Of a stretch of 64,000 nucleotides of DNA, positions 1 through 12,352 are shown in pieces. A program made the translations under genes and the position numbers. Positions within the stretch are counted from its first letter, which is position 1, and every line of letters starts with the position of its first letter. Source of the DNA: Calcarisporiella thermophila CBS 279.70 (lineage: Eukaryota; Fungi; Calcarisporiellomycota); contig NW_027192198.1 in assembly GCF_041956535.1 (NCBI RefSeq), forward strand, positions 779,311 through 843,310, in the 5' to 3' direction. The notes under the pieces are model-generated. The model saw only the letters and a list, made by a program, of their open reading frames with translations. It was not told the DNA's origin and ran no database searches.

Positions 1-349
1 ACTCAAAATTAGTAAATATAGCTTGTTCGACCGTGAGAATAATGTCGGAACTTCAATTTACCCCCACACGCAATATTATTATTCATAAGACACCTTCTCT
101 ATTCAGCTCATAAAAAAAAGAAAATAATAGAAGTAACAGCTTGATAGGAGTATAAAAGAACAAGGAAAGAGAAAACAAATAAATTCAAAAATAGAGGAAA
201 ATACACAAAGCAATATATAAAAAAAACTGCATCAAAAAAACAAAAATGTTCACAACGACTATTAACAAGATCAACTCAAAATTGAACAGAAAACATGATA
301 AAAAATAACTAGATTTAGCTCAAAAGAATAAAGAGACAAATAGTGTATA

Positions 350-1600
350 CTAAGGAAGCGAACCACAGCATAGCATTGCTAGAGCTGCAATAGCCTCCTT
401 TTCGTTCTTACCGTAGGAAGGCGGATGAGCCTCAGGTAGCCAAGGCCCTGCCTGATACGGCAATGGGCTATGGGGAGGACTATGCGGGGAAGACGAGAGT
501 CCAGGCGAAGTCTTGCTCGAGAATTCTTCATCCGTGTCCGGTGCCTGTTTCGTAGAGCGATACGCAGAGAGAGGTGGTGTTCGCAAAGCGAAACTCTCGC
601 CCAGCACCGGCAATGATCCAGAAACACCACTTTGTCGAGGAATTGGACGGCACAAGTAGGGAGGGCCTGCGATCGAATGCCGACGGAACTTGGCAGCTAC
701 GAGCTGTGGGCCTAGTTCGCGCCAATTCTCTTCCTCCGTTGCAGAAGAAGAGTCGCTCCAATTGTTTTCGTCCTCATCCTCCTCCAAATCCTCGTCCACG
801 ACCACCCCCCTTGCTCCCCTAATTCCTCCGCCATTCAAAAGGGCCGTATCCGATTGTCGTCTGCCACTTCCGGTGATAGTAAGTCCCCACCGACCCCTGC
901 CCATCCGCTGGAAATAGGAGCTAGTGCGTAGGACCGTGGCTACATCCTGTTCCCAGTCGGGTGGCGCCGTACGATAAATCGGATAATTCTCCTGAATCCA
1001 GCTGATAACCTCACGCATCGTTTTCTGTTTCTGTACTGTCTGGAACATATTGACTAGTAACACAGTCCATGCGCTGGAAGGCATTCTGTAGCTCAGGTCT
1101 CCCTTTACCGCTCCTCCTGTATCGTCATCGACAATCATTTCTACGTCATTATCTCCCGCATTTGACGCATCAACCCCGTCGCCATTCCCATCATCGTCCA
1201 CTATTTCGACCTCTTCATCGTCTTCTTCAGGCTCTACATCTTCTTCCAAATGAAAGAGTGTCTGCTCCTCCTCCTCCTCCTCATACATGGGCTTAGGCAC
1301 ATAAGTCCAGGCAGCCCGGCCCACACTCAAGAAGCATGAGTTATTGCGAAGCACTTGGCGCAGTGCTGAGCGAAGAAGATCAGGGCGCTCTCGCAAGTGG
1401 GGATGCGTGGTGAGGACGTATCGGAGAAGCTCACTCTCCTTGTGCACTGTATGATGAGGGTCACGAGTGAAAGCCTGTGTTAGTATGACGAACAGATTCT
1501 CATGAATGCTAGGTTGATGGCCAGTGGGAGAAGGATTGCGACGGATTGGTCTTGGCTTGAGAGCGGGGGGTTTTAAAAGACGAACTTTGGAAACAGTCAT
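350..1600 (-). CDS. Winged-helix/forkhead-like nuclear protein (GDS1-like), intronless, 416 aa
   Basis: Long ORF with two forkhead-like segments (e.g. TMREVISWIQENYPIYRTAPPDWEQDVATVL...YFQR...GRWGL), an acidic linker, a TEEENWRELGP motif and C-terminal EAIAALAML. The last two recall fungal GDS1-type proteins (from memory). U-rich 3' flank. Confidence 0.7.
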   Translation of the reverse strand: MTVSKVRLLKPPALKPRPIRRNPSPTGHQPSIHENLFVILTQAFTRDPHHTVHKESELLRYVLTTHPHLRERPDLLRSALRQVLRNNSCFLSVGRAAWTYVPKPMYEEEEEEQTLFHLEEDVEPEEDDEEVEIVDDDGNGDGVDASNAGDNDVEMIVDDDTGGAVKGDLSYRMPSSAWTVLLVNMFQTVQKQKTMREVISWIQENYPIYRTAPPDWEQDVATVLRTSSYFQRMGRGRWGLTITGSGRRQSDTALLNGGGIRGARGVVVDEDLEEDEDENNWSDSSSATEEENWRELGPQLVAAKFRRHSIAGPPYLCRPIPRQSGVSGSLPVLGESFALRTPPLSAYRSTKQAPDTDEEFSSKTSPGLSSSPHSPPHSPLPYQAGPWLPEAHPPSYGKNEKEAIAALAMLCCGSLP

Positions 1601-3314
1601 CGGAGGGGCAAAAATAGGAAGGCGGTTAGTTCTTAAAGAATAGAGTAATGCTGAAGAAAGGAAAAGGGTAGATAATTTAAGTTAGAGAGCAATAAGAGAG
1701 AGAATAGAATAAATAACAAATAGAAAAATGTAGAAAAAGAGTTCCTGGCTTGTGAGAAGAAAAAAGAGATTTTTGAGACCGGCAAGCGAAACTCTTGAGA
1801 ACGTGGTTGAGGCAGTGAGAGAGGAGCAAAGAGGTTTATCACGAGGTGCCCGAATGCCTCAAGTTCCACGAAGCCCACTTGATGCAAAATTACAAATATC
1901 CCACGAGTATCCCCCTAGTTTTTTTGCGGATGAGTAATTAAGGAAAATCTTTTGCTATAATGACCTATGATGCCATAATTCATGGTTGGAGAGGATTACG
2001 CCACCACTAACCTGGTGTTTTACTCCAGTGGATGCGATAGAATCCTCTGGGCATCTTCTCGTGGGCATTTTCTACCAAAACAACCATGGGGACGATATAA
2101 CCCCCTCAATTGGCCTACGCCCAAGCAAATTCTTGGCAGCGCACTGGTCTATTTGAGATTTTGGTTGCATTCATTCTCTAACACTTTAGAGGATTTGGCA
2201 AAAATTCACATCAATCTTGTTTTTAACTTTGAAAGAATCAAGCAGTCATCGCACAATAATAGAAGAGTTTAAAGCGTTTAGCAGATTCATTCTCCTTTTA
2301 AAATTTCAATCATCGGCACTGGATTTCGGTATAACTATGTTGCAAATTCTATTCGCATCGGGAGAATATAATGCATTACAATGATGATGAGTAAAACATC
2401 TTGTACTATCTTGAAACTCTTTGGATGAAACTAGTTAGCATAACCCCAGTAACCACGATCGAACAAAGTTGAATGCTCCAAATTTCCCAACACTAACTTT
2501 ATACTTTTGGAATGTTTCGCGCTTTGCATCCTCTCTTTCACATAAGAAATATAGCCTTCTTTTGCTATGACTTTTTCAGTCGGGGATTATCATTGGACAA
2601 TCCTAGCCCTTTTTTTATCGATTATATGAAATAACCATTTATACTCTGGAATATTCTCTACCCATAACTAGGTCCATATCGTCCTTGAATGGCGTGATAT
2701 TGACGTCTTGAGATAAAGTATCCCCAGTTGAAGTCTGGCGAAATTCGATTGAGATGGCCTTTTTTTAGAAAAAGATATCCATGACCAATTTTTGTCGGGA
2801 ACACAAGATTTGAAGGACAGGGGACCACTTGAGAGGCAACTCGGGCAATAAGTCGCTGACATCATGTTCGGGCGTCTCATTTGATATCTGAACAATGGTC
2901 CATTTACTAATCGATAGCTTCTTCGTTTTTATTCTGAAGTTTTAAAGTCAAATTCGTAGTTTGTCCGATTCGATTTTGGGCGGTACACATTCGGATCATA
3001 GCCAAAATGGTGCACAAATACTTTGAGTGAATATACCGTGTCATTCTAACTACTATGTTATAGTTTGAGAAAGTTAAAAAAGTGAAATGGATAAAAAAAA
3101 GTTTAGGAAAAATAATAATAAACAATAAGAAGATAGAAGATAACTCATTTTTTAAGGCCCGAATTCCCAGCGAAAGATTTCAAATAAACAAAGAAATAAA
3201 GAAGGAAGAATAAGAGAGAATAAATGATCAGAAATGCAATTTATCTCGTCAACGAGAATAAAGAAGAGTATATATAATCCGGAAATTATGATTGAAAGAA
3301 GAGAGGGGGATTGC

Positions 3315-6300
3315 TTAGTACTCCTCTTCCTCGCCCTCCGTTCCCGTCCACATCTCTTCTTCTTCATCCTCGTCCCCATCCCAATCCACTACCGCGTCGT
3401 CCAACTCCTCATCCGAGAGTGCATGATGATGGTGGTGATGGTGGTGATGGTGATGGAAAGGCGCAATCACAATATCCATCTCGGCTCCCTCGTCACCCGT
3501 ACCCTCCTCCTCGCTGACGTCGCTCATATCGCTGTCGGGAGTTCCCTCTGTGTATTCTTCGTAGATCTCCTCATCCTCGCTGGTGTCTTCCTCCCCTTCT
3601 TCGGCCGACTCGATTCCTCCACCTGCAATCATTCCAAGGGACGAATTCCGGTATAAATCGGGTGCCTCTTCGCCCTCCTCCTCCTCTTCCTCAACTTCTT
3701 CTTCATCCTCAGTATTTTCATAGAACTCCTCCTCATCGTCCTCATCCTCATCCTCCTCGTCTGCAAGGATAGCACGTCTCCTTCGTCTTCTCCTCGCCTT
3801 ACCCTCATCAGATCTACTCATCTTAATGGCTATACGTGTGAGCTGCTCTAGTGGTCTCAAAATCGTGCTGATCACGTTTTTGGCTGCAGGGTAATTGAAA
3901 TCCACCTCACCAAGCGCGCTGGTCAGCAGACCCACAAAGTTCTTCTCAAGCATGAGCTTTGCGGCCGAGCTGGGGGCGTCGGCAGGCTTACCTGCGGACG
4001 ATTGGGGAGGGGGGCGCGTCGTAAGTATACGGTAACACACGTCGGATAGGGCCATCAATTTTCCGTATTTGATTTCCATCAAGCTAGGTGCGTGCATGGT
4101 GTCCTTGAGGGAGCGTGCAATCCCGTCAAGCACGAAACGACGTACATGCTGCAACTCCGAAGGTGGCACCTCTCCTGGGCGCAGTTCTTTCGACTTCGTA
4201 TTCTCATCGGATTCCAGATCGGGCCCGTCGCTGCACAATGCCACCAATGTGTTTGTAGCCCAATTCGAGGGTGTATAGCGGTTTCGCCGTGGCTCGTCTG
4301 ACAAGTCCACTCCTTCATACGGGAGAAGATCATTGAGCAGATAATTTAGGAAGACAGTACGCGGTTTCCACGTAGAAGTGTCCTCGCCCCGCCGACTAAA
4401 GTTCATCAAATTGATCTTACACACGGGATAGGATGAAAGTAGTTCGGTGAGGCATTGGAGCAAGAAGCAAGTATACATGAATTGCCCCTCCCGAGCTTTG
4501 GACGCAGCATCTGCTCCCTTGTCATCCTTTTCGTCAGGTTTTGAACCGGCTGCCCCCGTTTCTCCTACGGCAGGGACGGAGGCCGATGACTCGGCCATTG
4601 CCGTGTCTTGAAGTGAGGTGCTTGGCTTCGAAGGCGTGGCAAATATCGAATCGCTGCTCGGAGGTGCTGCATCTTTCTTCTTTGCACGGTGGTTGAGAAG
4701 CTCATCAATGAGGAAATTGATCACGACCGCAGAGATCCCCTCTTGTGGCTTGGGTGTCTCGAAAGGCTGCGGTTGCAAAAACATGGAGGTCTCAGGTGCG
4801 ACAGTCGCTTCGGCCTTTGACGAAGACTCGCCTTCCTCCTTATCTTTTTTGTCTTGCTCTTCGGCTTCCATCGACTCTCCCTCAAGCGGTTTCTCCTCGC
4901 CTTTTTCCTCCTCGAGGCTTGCGTCATCCGCCCACCGCGAATTGCTCTTCAACGTGATCTGCTGGCTTCGCATCATCATATCGTTGGCCGGTAGTTTGCA
5001 CAGGTCTCGTGTGACGCGTAGGAAAGTCTCAGGGTCACGTAGTGCAATGTGGCTATTATTGCGTAAGAAAGTGGTGACATCGACCACACGAGGACGCGGA
5101 GGAGCGAACCAGGTATTCACTTCGCGTTCCATTGTGTTCTGTAGCACCTGGGGGTCATCGACTGCATGCCGTAGAATGAGAATAATGAACGGCTCCTGCC
5201 CCACAAATCCTTCAGCGCCTGATCGAGGCAAAGAAAACAGTAGTGGAAGTCCGCCTGATTGAACAAATTCTGCGGCAAAACGGTGCTGCCGGGTCAGTCG
5301 CACGAGCACTCGGAGCAGAGCAAGCATAAAATCTTTAGGCGGTTGCGGTAGTCGTAGAAGCTCAATGCAATGCTTTAGTAGCTTCAATCTGACCTCATCC
5401 GAGACCTTTGCGCGTGCCTCACGCTCCCGCTCCTCCGGTTTTTCGACCCGTTTGATATCTGCATCCTCGGTGTGCTCAACTTCAATGGCACGTGGCTCAT
5501 CTGCCATCGACAAAAATACTTCAACAACGAGAAGTAATGGCGTGATCCATTCAGCAACCGCATCACCGCCTGTCGCAAACTGCAATTCTATTAGGTCGAT
5601 AAGTGGCGGGAGAAGATTTTCCTTAACGGTGAGGACCTCCTCTTGGAATTTGCTGCCATTAAGGATCAGCGCGAGTAATCGGAATCGCGAATGGAGTTTG
5701 TGCTGCAATTTCTTCCACTGTTCTTCGTCTATTGATCTATCCCTCGGCTCAACTACGTCTGAAATTAAGAGCTTGATTGTGGGTATCGTATTATCTTTGC
5801 ACAGAATGGTGAAGAGATCCGTGATTTCAAAAATCGCCTGCTCAGACACATCCAGAAGCTCAAGTGCACGGCTACCAATCTCTTGCTTGACTGCTTCCCG
5901 CATCTCGTGATAGCTCTTCTCGATCTCCTTCGCTTTACCCTTGTCTTTTTCAGGTGCAGGCGCCTTCGCGTCAGATTCAGATGGCTGATTTGAAGAGGGA
6001 GTGCCCATGGAGAGCTCTAAAGCTTCACGCAGGAATCTGGCTTCTTCATTGTCACTTGAATCGGTGAGCTCCGTCATCGGTGCATCACCCCCAATCTCCA
6101 CTGGCATGCTAGAAGACTCCGGGTTCCGTTCACTAGATGGTCCTCCAGCCGAAGCTTCCGCATTCTCCGGATCATCCTCGGCATGATCTTCGGTTTCTCC
6201 GCCTTCGTTGTCCCTACCGTTTGTATCTTGCTCTCCTTCTCCGCCTCCCTCCCCAGTAGTAGCTCTATTGCCGGGTGTATCTGAGTTGGTATTTCGGCGC

Positions 6301-9300
6301 TCACCACTGGACTCGTCGAAAGCAGCGGCAGCGACCATATCCGGATGAGATAGAAGATATTCGGCGGCGCGCGCGACTGAATTGCCGCAGCGCATTAGTG
6401 CAGTCTCTGCTGCACCCGTAGGGAACCCCATATCTGTCAGTTGGCGGATGCTCGACTCTGGCGGAGGAGGTGGGGGTGGCGGATGCCATCCGAAAAGTGT
6501 TGGAGCAGAATTACCAAAACTACTGGAGCTTTCTGCAGTTTGATTGATTTCTCCCTCCCCCTTAAGGATCTGCACAAGTATTTGTGCCAAAATGCGATGT
6601 ATTGATGGTGTACTCTTGGGCAAGTATTCGCTGTTCCATATTTCGCGAACCACTGGTAACACCTTGGCACGCATCATGACAAGATGCTCGTAGGGATCAA
6701 AACTATCCGCCGCACGATCCTTGTCGCGCGAAATCAATGTATTCGTGCTGGGGGAGTCGTGTAGAAGTTTGTGGGAGATGACAATATGTAAAAGATGCAA
6801 CGAGACACCGATTGCCTTGTGAAGATGATCAAGTGTTGTTTTGACTTCGTCACTCTGGTCCGCCTGGGAACTAAGCTCAATTGCCCGCTGCCAAAGTATG
6901 CGGATAAGATCAAACATGGACTCGAAGCCCCCTGCTCTATCGAAAGCGAGCACTACTATTGTTTGCAGCGTCATATGACTGCGTTCATCCACGAACATTA
7001 AACATATTAGCCCCAGCATAGCACCAAGATATCTGTAGCGTTTAGGCTCTGGTTCGGTATCTATTGCAGATGCATTACAGTTGATTAATACATTAGAAGC
7101 GTAGATAAAGAGCATTGATCCAGAACTAACCTATCCGCGGCCACAGGATACTGTCTTTCATGACCTTTGCCACAATATCTGCAACCTTGGATGCTTGTTT
7201 TTTCTGTTGCGGCTCCGCCCCTCTGCGCGTCACCAGCATCCTGCAAACTCCTATTTATGAACGGGAAAGATGTTAAATTTAGGGGGATGCCTCGTTAACA
7301 AATCCTCTCTTACCTTGGAACACGATCTGCAGACAAGTGGAGAGGTGCAGTGTCATATATTTCAAATATAATGCGTTTTTATATTTCGGGTCATTCTTCG
7401 ATACCGGCAGCTCTGCCTCGCCCTCTTTAGACTCTTCACCCTCGGCCTGCTTGTTACTCGGGTCTGTTGTCTTCGGACTCAGAGGTAAATTTTCAGGTGC
7501 AAATGGGTCGCTGAGCGCAAACGCTGGCGTTGTCAAATCTTTCGCATCCTTGTTAGGACGATCCTTGAACCAAGACGAAGGCACCACATCCTTATAGTGG
7601 ATACACTCTCGCACGCAAGCTCGGTGAAGCTGTCCCAACAGAGCAATAACCTCTTCGCCCTGCGGACCTGCCAGCGATTGTACGACGGTGGCAGCGCTCT
7701 TGCTATGGGAGAAAATCGGTGGGCAATAGAGATCCGCGAGTAGGCCGATATGCGCCATCACAATAAGTAGACTTCGGAAAGTGTTATTTGCGTCCTCGAT
7801 TTTGGTCGTTTCCGATTCCTCCAGGACCAAGTACGTTGCAAGCAACGAGCCGGGCTCGTTATATTCAAGGAATCGCTTCGTGTTTTCAAGCGATTCGTGC
7901 AGCCCCTTTATTATCGCGTTCGCAACCACGGATGGATTCACTTCACTTGCAATATTGAACACGTGAGAGAGCAAGTAATGAGCATTGGTGGTGGCAAAAT
8001 CATAGGGAAGCGAGGGAAGCAATAAGATCTGAAGGAGCTGCTCTAGCCCATCAAGCTTGATGAATTCCCGACAGTTGGTGCTGTTCTGGAAGAGACTCTC
8101 AAGAAACTTAAGGGATATAAATGCGTGAGCAAATGTCGCTGGTGCTAATCAAATTTCATCACAGAAAAATTACCTTTGAGAGAACTTCGATGAATTGTAA
8201 AATCAAACTCTCTGGTTTCTCCTCTGGCTTGGCATCCTCTGACTCCCCTGCAGAACCTGCTGCGGCTACTCGTGAAGGCTGCTCTGAGGTCGTCATCGGA
8301 ATATCCGTCACTGTTTCATTTGCGGGCTTAACATGCAACCGATAGCCTGTGTCCTCTTGCTTTGCCTGCTCGCTCTGCCCGAAATCAATTATTCGCTTTA
8401 TTATTTCTAAAGCCGCATTTAGCACATCAATCCGTAAACTCGGTTGATGTCGAATAAGCTCCTCGATGGAGCTACCAAGCAATGAGGCGTTGTTGCCCTC
8501 CATAAGCGAGCGCAAGTGATCCTTTGATATGAGGATGCTGAAGAAATTGGGAATGGGGTTGGCCTCTTTAAACATTTCCAAGCCTTGGCTATTAAGGCAA
8601 ATGGCACCAAATGCATTGGGTATCGCGTTGATGACCTAAAACATGAAAATGCATGATAAAAATTAGAGCTACTTGAGAAAAAACAACAGGTCCATTGTTT
8701 AAGGCATACATCGCTGGAGACTAAGATCTCTGCATTAACCGTTTTTAGAAAGGTTTGTGGTAACTGTGCTTCCTGAAGCATCGTAAGCGATGTAGGCTCG
8801 TTGTGGATGATCGTTGCCAGGATATTAATCGCTACGAAGAGGAAAATTAACCGGATGCAATTAATGAGTGTCCAACATTCATCAAGAAAAGGCATTTCAT
8901 TTCGAACCTTGGGCAAAAACACTACTCCCAAAGGGTTTAGGATGAGCAATTATAAGCTTCAAGGATTGCGGTAGACTGGAGTCAATAACATTTCGCAGCC
9001 CATCCGCAGTACCAGTTGTAACCATCATGTGCAAGATAAACTTTAACATTCCTTTTAACAGGCTAATGCGTTCGTGCGGCACCGAGCTATCATCTGAAGT
9101 TTCTGACGGAATTGTTCGCTCGGCAATTGCGCCAGCTGGGGCGTCTAATTGCACATCTTGCATTGGCTCGCCTTCCGTGTTAATAAATTGAGTGCAGAAT
9201 TCAACTTCCTCTTTGACACGCCCAATCAGAATACTGAGCCCGTTGGCATTGATAAATACGCTGAAAGAGTTGGTAAAACCATACACGATGCTATCTAGCA

Positions 9301-11138
9301 TGCTCACAGCCTTGGTGATCACCTAGAATTTTGAAAAATTAACGCGCGAAGTTAGACTTAATGGTTGTCAGAATATACCTTTGCATGCGAAGAATTTTTG
9401 TTTTGCAGAAGCTGTAATAATGTCGTGATAATTCCAGCAGAAATCAACATGGTCCCACCGCTCTGTGTGCTTACTATATAGGTCAGCAGGAAGAAAAAGG
9501 CATCCACGTACTCTTGAGGGTATAGATCTGAGAAAAAGTGATCACTAAATTTGCAAGTTAAATTTGGTGATGAATGTTTCGAACTCACTTGTATTATTTT
9601 CAAGATTTGTAACCAATTTTCGGAAACCAGAAAGAAGAATGCCGTGGTTAGCGGATGCTTGGAGGGCACTCAACACCTCGTTCAACTTCGACCGATAGCG
9701 TGCTAGAGCTTCTAGTGCATAGAGTGTAGCAATTTGAATAGGCTAATTGGAGAAAAGGGGCAAGGAAAAAGGTATGCCATTATTCGTCCGTAATAATAAG
9801 AAAGTTCATGAAATCATTTATGTTTTACCATAAAGACGTGTTTTTCCGGGTGAATTAAATCTGCGAGTTCCGTCACAAGCTCAGGCTCGTAGAGAAATAA
9901 TTTAGCGTTTGCTTCATTTTCTGGGTACATATGGACTACTTTAGGGGTTAGGGTTTGGCGGTGTAGGACTGCATAAAATCAGCAAAATAACACTTGCCTG
10001 CTATTGCGATGGCCAGTATACGAATGGTTAGGAGGCGTAGTCGTGTTTTCGGGTCTGAGACACCAAGTGAAAGTCGAACTCGATGCAACAAACCAAAGTG
10101 AAATTCCTCCGGAACTGAATACTGTTCAACAATCTGGTCGAATAGATTTCGTTCAGAAGTGCAATGTTGACGGGGATTGATGATGGTAATGGTCGTCATT
10201 CCCTCCTTAACTTCACTGCTGCTTCCGGCCGCACCACCAGATGATGCGCCGCTTGTCAAAGATTCTCGCCGATGAATGGGCGTAGGTGTCTCTGGCACCG
10301 CTCTGTTCTCCGCTTCTGCTGAGACGTTCTCATCTGATCCCTTGTGCTGCTTTACAAACCGGTAGAAGGAGTAGTGGAAGTTGTTCAGGTCCATAGGTAT
10401 TTTTGCGTCAGGTGTGCTCAACAAGTATAAATTTGTTGATTCATCCTCTGTCGACCAGGCAGAGGCAAGATCCATAATACGCTCGTTCTGAATTACAAAA
10501 TTTGCTCGCAATGAACGTTGTTGACTTAGGCGTTGTGCGGGACGTAGCAATAGCCATAATGTGGTTTCGAGTACTTCGTGGTCAAATGTATTGAGGATAT
10601 CATTAAGATGCTATTAGAATAGTAACTAGACTCAATAATAGCTCGAAGGCAAGTGGTTAAACCAAAAGAATCACCTCATAAGAATTATACAGATTTCGAT
10701 TTGTACAATTCTCCAACAGCAGTTTTGTAAATCGCAAGATCGCTAACAATGTCTGTCGCTCGTTGTCTGCAAAAGGCTCCTTTTGTACGTGCTTCTTCAA
10801 CTCATATCGTTCACACAGCTTCTCTAGAATTGTGTCGAATCGATTTAGCACGCTTATCCAAAGGAAAAGGTCCCCACGCGGAAATGGCCAGGCATCAAAA
10901 GATGCCAAGATCTTAGAGATTTCCGATTCAGGCTGTTCATTTAATTCTTGAATAAGCTTTTTCATAGCCGGCGGCTACACGAAAAAAAGGTAAAAATTAG
11001 ATAATTGAAGGTGAGATCGGGGAAAGTTTGAGAAAGAAATCCCCCGACTTTCTACCCTTCCCCATATACAGTTCCTATTGATAAGGAATAACTTACAGGT
11101 GACGCCAGTTTCTTTGGTGGAGACTTTTTGATCTTCAT
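3315..11138 (-). CDS. TOM1: Tom1/HUWE1 E3 ligase, N-terminal part only (ARM solenoid DUF908/DUF913 + UBA + UIM-like; no HECT), ~2340 aa
   Basis: 12 exons: 11097-11138, 10675-10974, 9998-10610, 9829-9935, 9589-9742, 9379-9527, 8908-9322, 8710-8831, 8174-8635, 7314-8106, 7131-7250, 3315-7060. They sum to 7023 nt in frame. Motifs: WPFPRGDLFLWISVLNRFD, LLENCTNRNLYNSYEHL, IIHNEPTSL, AIPNAFGAICLN, UBA (LTDMGF...AAEYLLSHP), PDLYRNSSLGM. Confidence 0.92.
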
Positions 11139-11379
11139 TGTCTCGATAATAAGTATATGTATAGATATGGAGAGAGCATGCAAATATATATATGCGTCAA
11201 TATATATATGTGTGACAGAAATTAAGGCTGCTCGAGACAAACAAAATAAAACAAAAGGGGGGAGGGGTGCTCACGATTATCCTAAATAACAGAATCTTTT
11301 CTGGTCTCCTTACGAAGAAAAGGAAAGTCGAAACGATGTCAGGTATGGTCGCGTAAACTCCTGCCGCAGCATTAGACTC

Positions 11380-11387
11380 TGACGTCA
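11380..11387. promoter_or_regulatory. CRE/ATF-type palindrome TGACGTCA in the TOM1/NDUFA12 divergent promoter
   Basis: Perfect TGACGTCA in the ~320 bp between the two head-to-head start codons; function is inferred only. Confidence 0.3.
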
Positions 11388-11459
11388 CATTGATCTATAC
11401 CCTGTTTTCTCAAAGTTCCTTCTGGATAGTGTTCGACCATTGTTATTCCCTCTTCAACG

Positions 11460-12066
11460 ATGTCGTATATCACACGCACCATCCGTAACTTCTTGAAGAT
11501 CGGGCCGAAGGAATATATTCATCAATTAAATACCATTGGTGACACCAAGGCCGGTATTCTGGTTGGGGTAGACAAGTACGGCAACAAGTATTACGAGGAC
11601 AAAAGCGAGACGATTTACGGTAACTTTCTGCCCCTCTTTACAAATTTCCCAATCGCTTCCTTGCTTGAAACCTAATTCTCTCTCACCCTATTGAATCGAA
11701 TGCATGCTATTTATTTATTATTCATATTAATTCGTATGCGATCTATTATTTTTTACTCAGGTCGGGATCGCTGGGTTGATTTCAATCAGTACTATTACGA
11801 CGCATCACAAATTCCAGCCGAATGGTAGAGTTTCTTTGTCCACAATAAGAAGAATATGAGGAAAAAAACTAATTTTGATCTAATTCAGGCATATGTGGAC
11901 TCACCACATTATCGAGGATCCTCCATCGGTGGAAAAGCCTTGGATCCCTAAGTTCCAGTCAGTGCATCAAGAGAACACGACAGGAACTAAAGCCGCCTAT
12001 GTTACTTATAATACAACAGCACCCAAGATTACCGCGTGGGAGCCCCAAGTAAAGGACCGTAGCTAA
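11460..12066 (+). CDS. NDUFA12: NADH:ubiquinone oxidoreductase subunit NDUFA12 (17.2 kDa-like)
   Basis: IGDTKAGILVGVDKYGNKYYE / GRDRWVDF...YDASQIPAEW / HMWTHHI...YNTTAPKITAWEP. Exons approx. 11460-11619, 11761-11824, 11890-12066. Confidence 0.93.
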
Positions 12067-12352
12067 GCTTTGCATACATAAAAAATGCTTAATTTGTATG
12101 AAGAGTGCTTTATTTCCAACAATAGATTATTTCGTTTCTTTTATTGACGTGCTATAAACATATACTCCCGTAATTTTTAAGAAAATTTCTCCAAGGACAT
12201 ATTTCTCAACTTTCCATGTCTTAAAAATATTCAAACAAAAAAAAAGGCATAGTACGACTCATCATTCCAAATAAATAGACAACATATATTTGAACACAAG
12301 CCTGCTCTTTTAACCATTTGGGCAAAAAAATCGGAGAAACACAAAAGACATA

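Noticed and set aside
1633-3300. Short ORFs downstream of TOM1 as possible missing HECT exons
   Set aside because: No HECT/UBM-like motifs, AT-rich composition, and far too little coding capacity.
9941-9953. TTAGGGGTTAGGG telomere-like repeat
   Set aside because: Only two units; on the minus strand it is the CTAAC branch region of a TOM1 intron.
7279-11240. Fragmented ORFs suggesting pseudogenes or frameshifts (also in SPB1, RecQ and PRS1)
   Set aside because: The breaks traced in TOM1, and those checked in the other genes, are explained by short spliceosomal introns that preserve frame.
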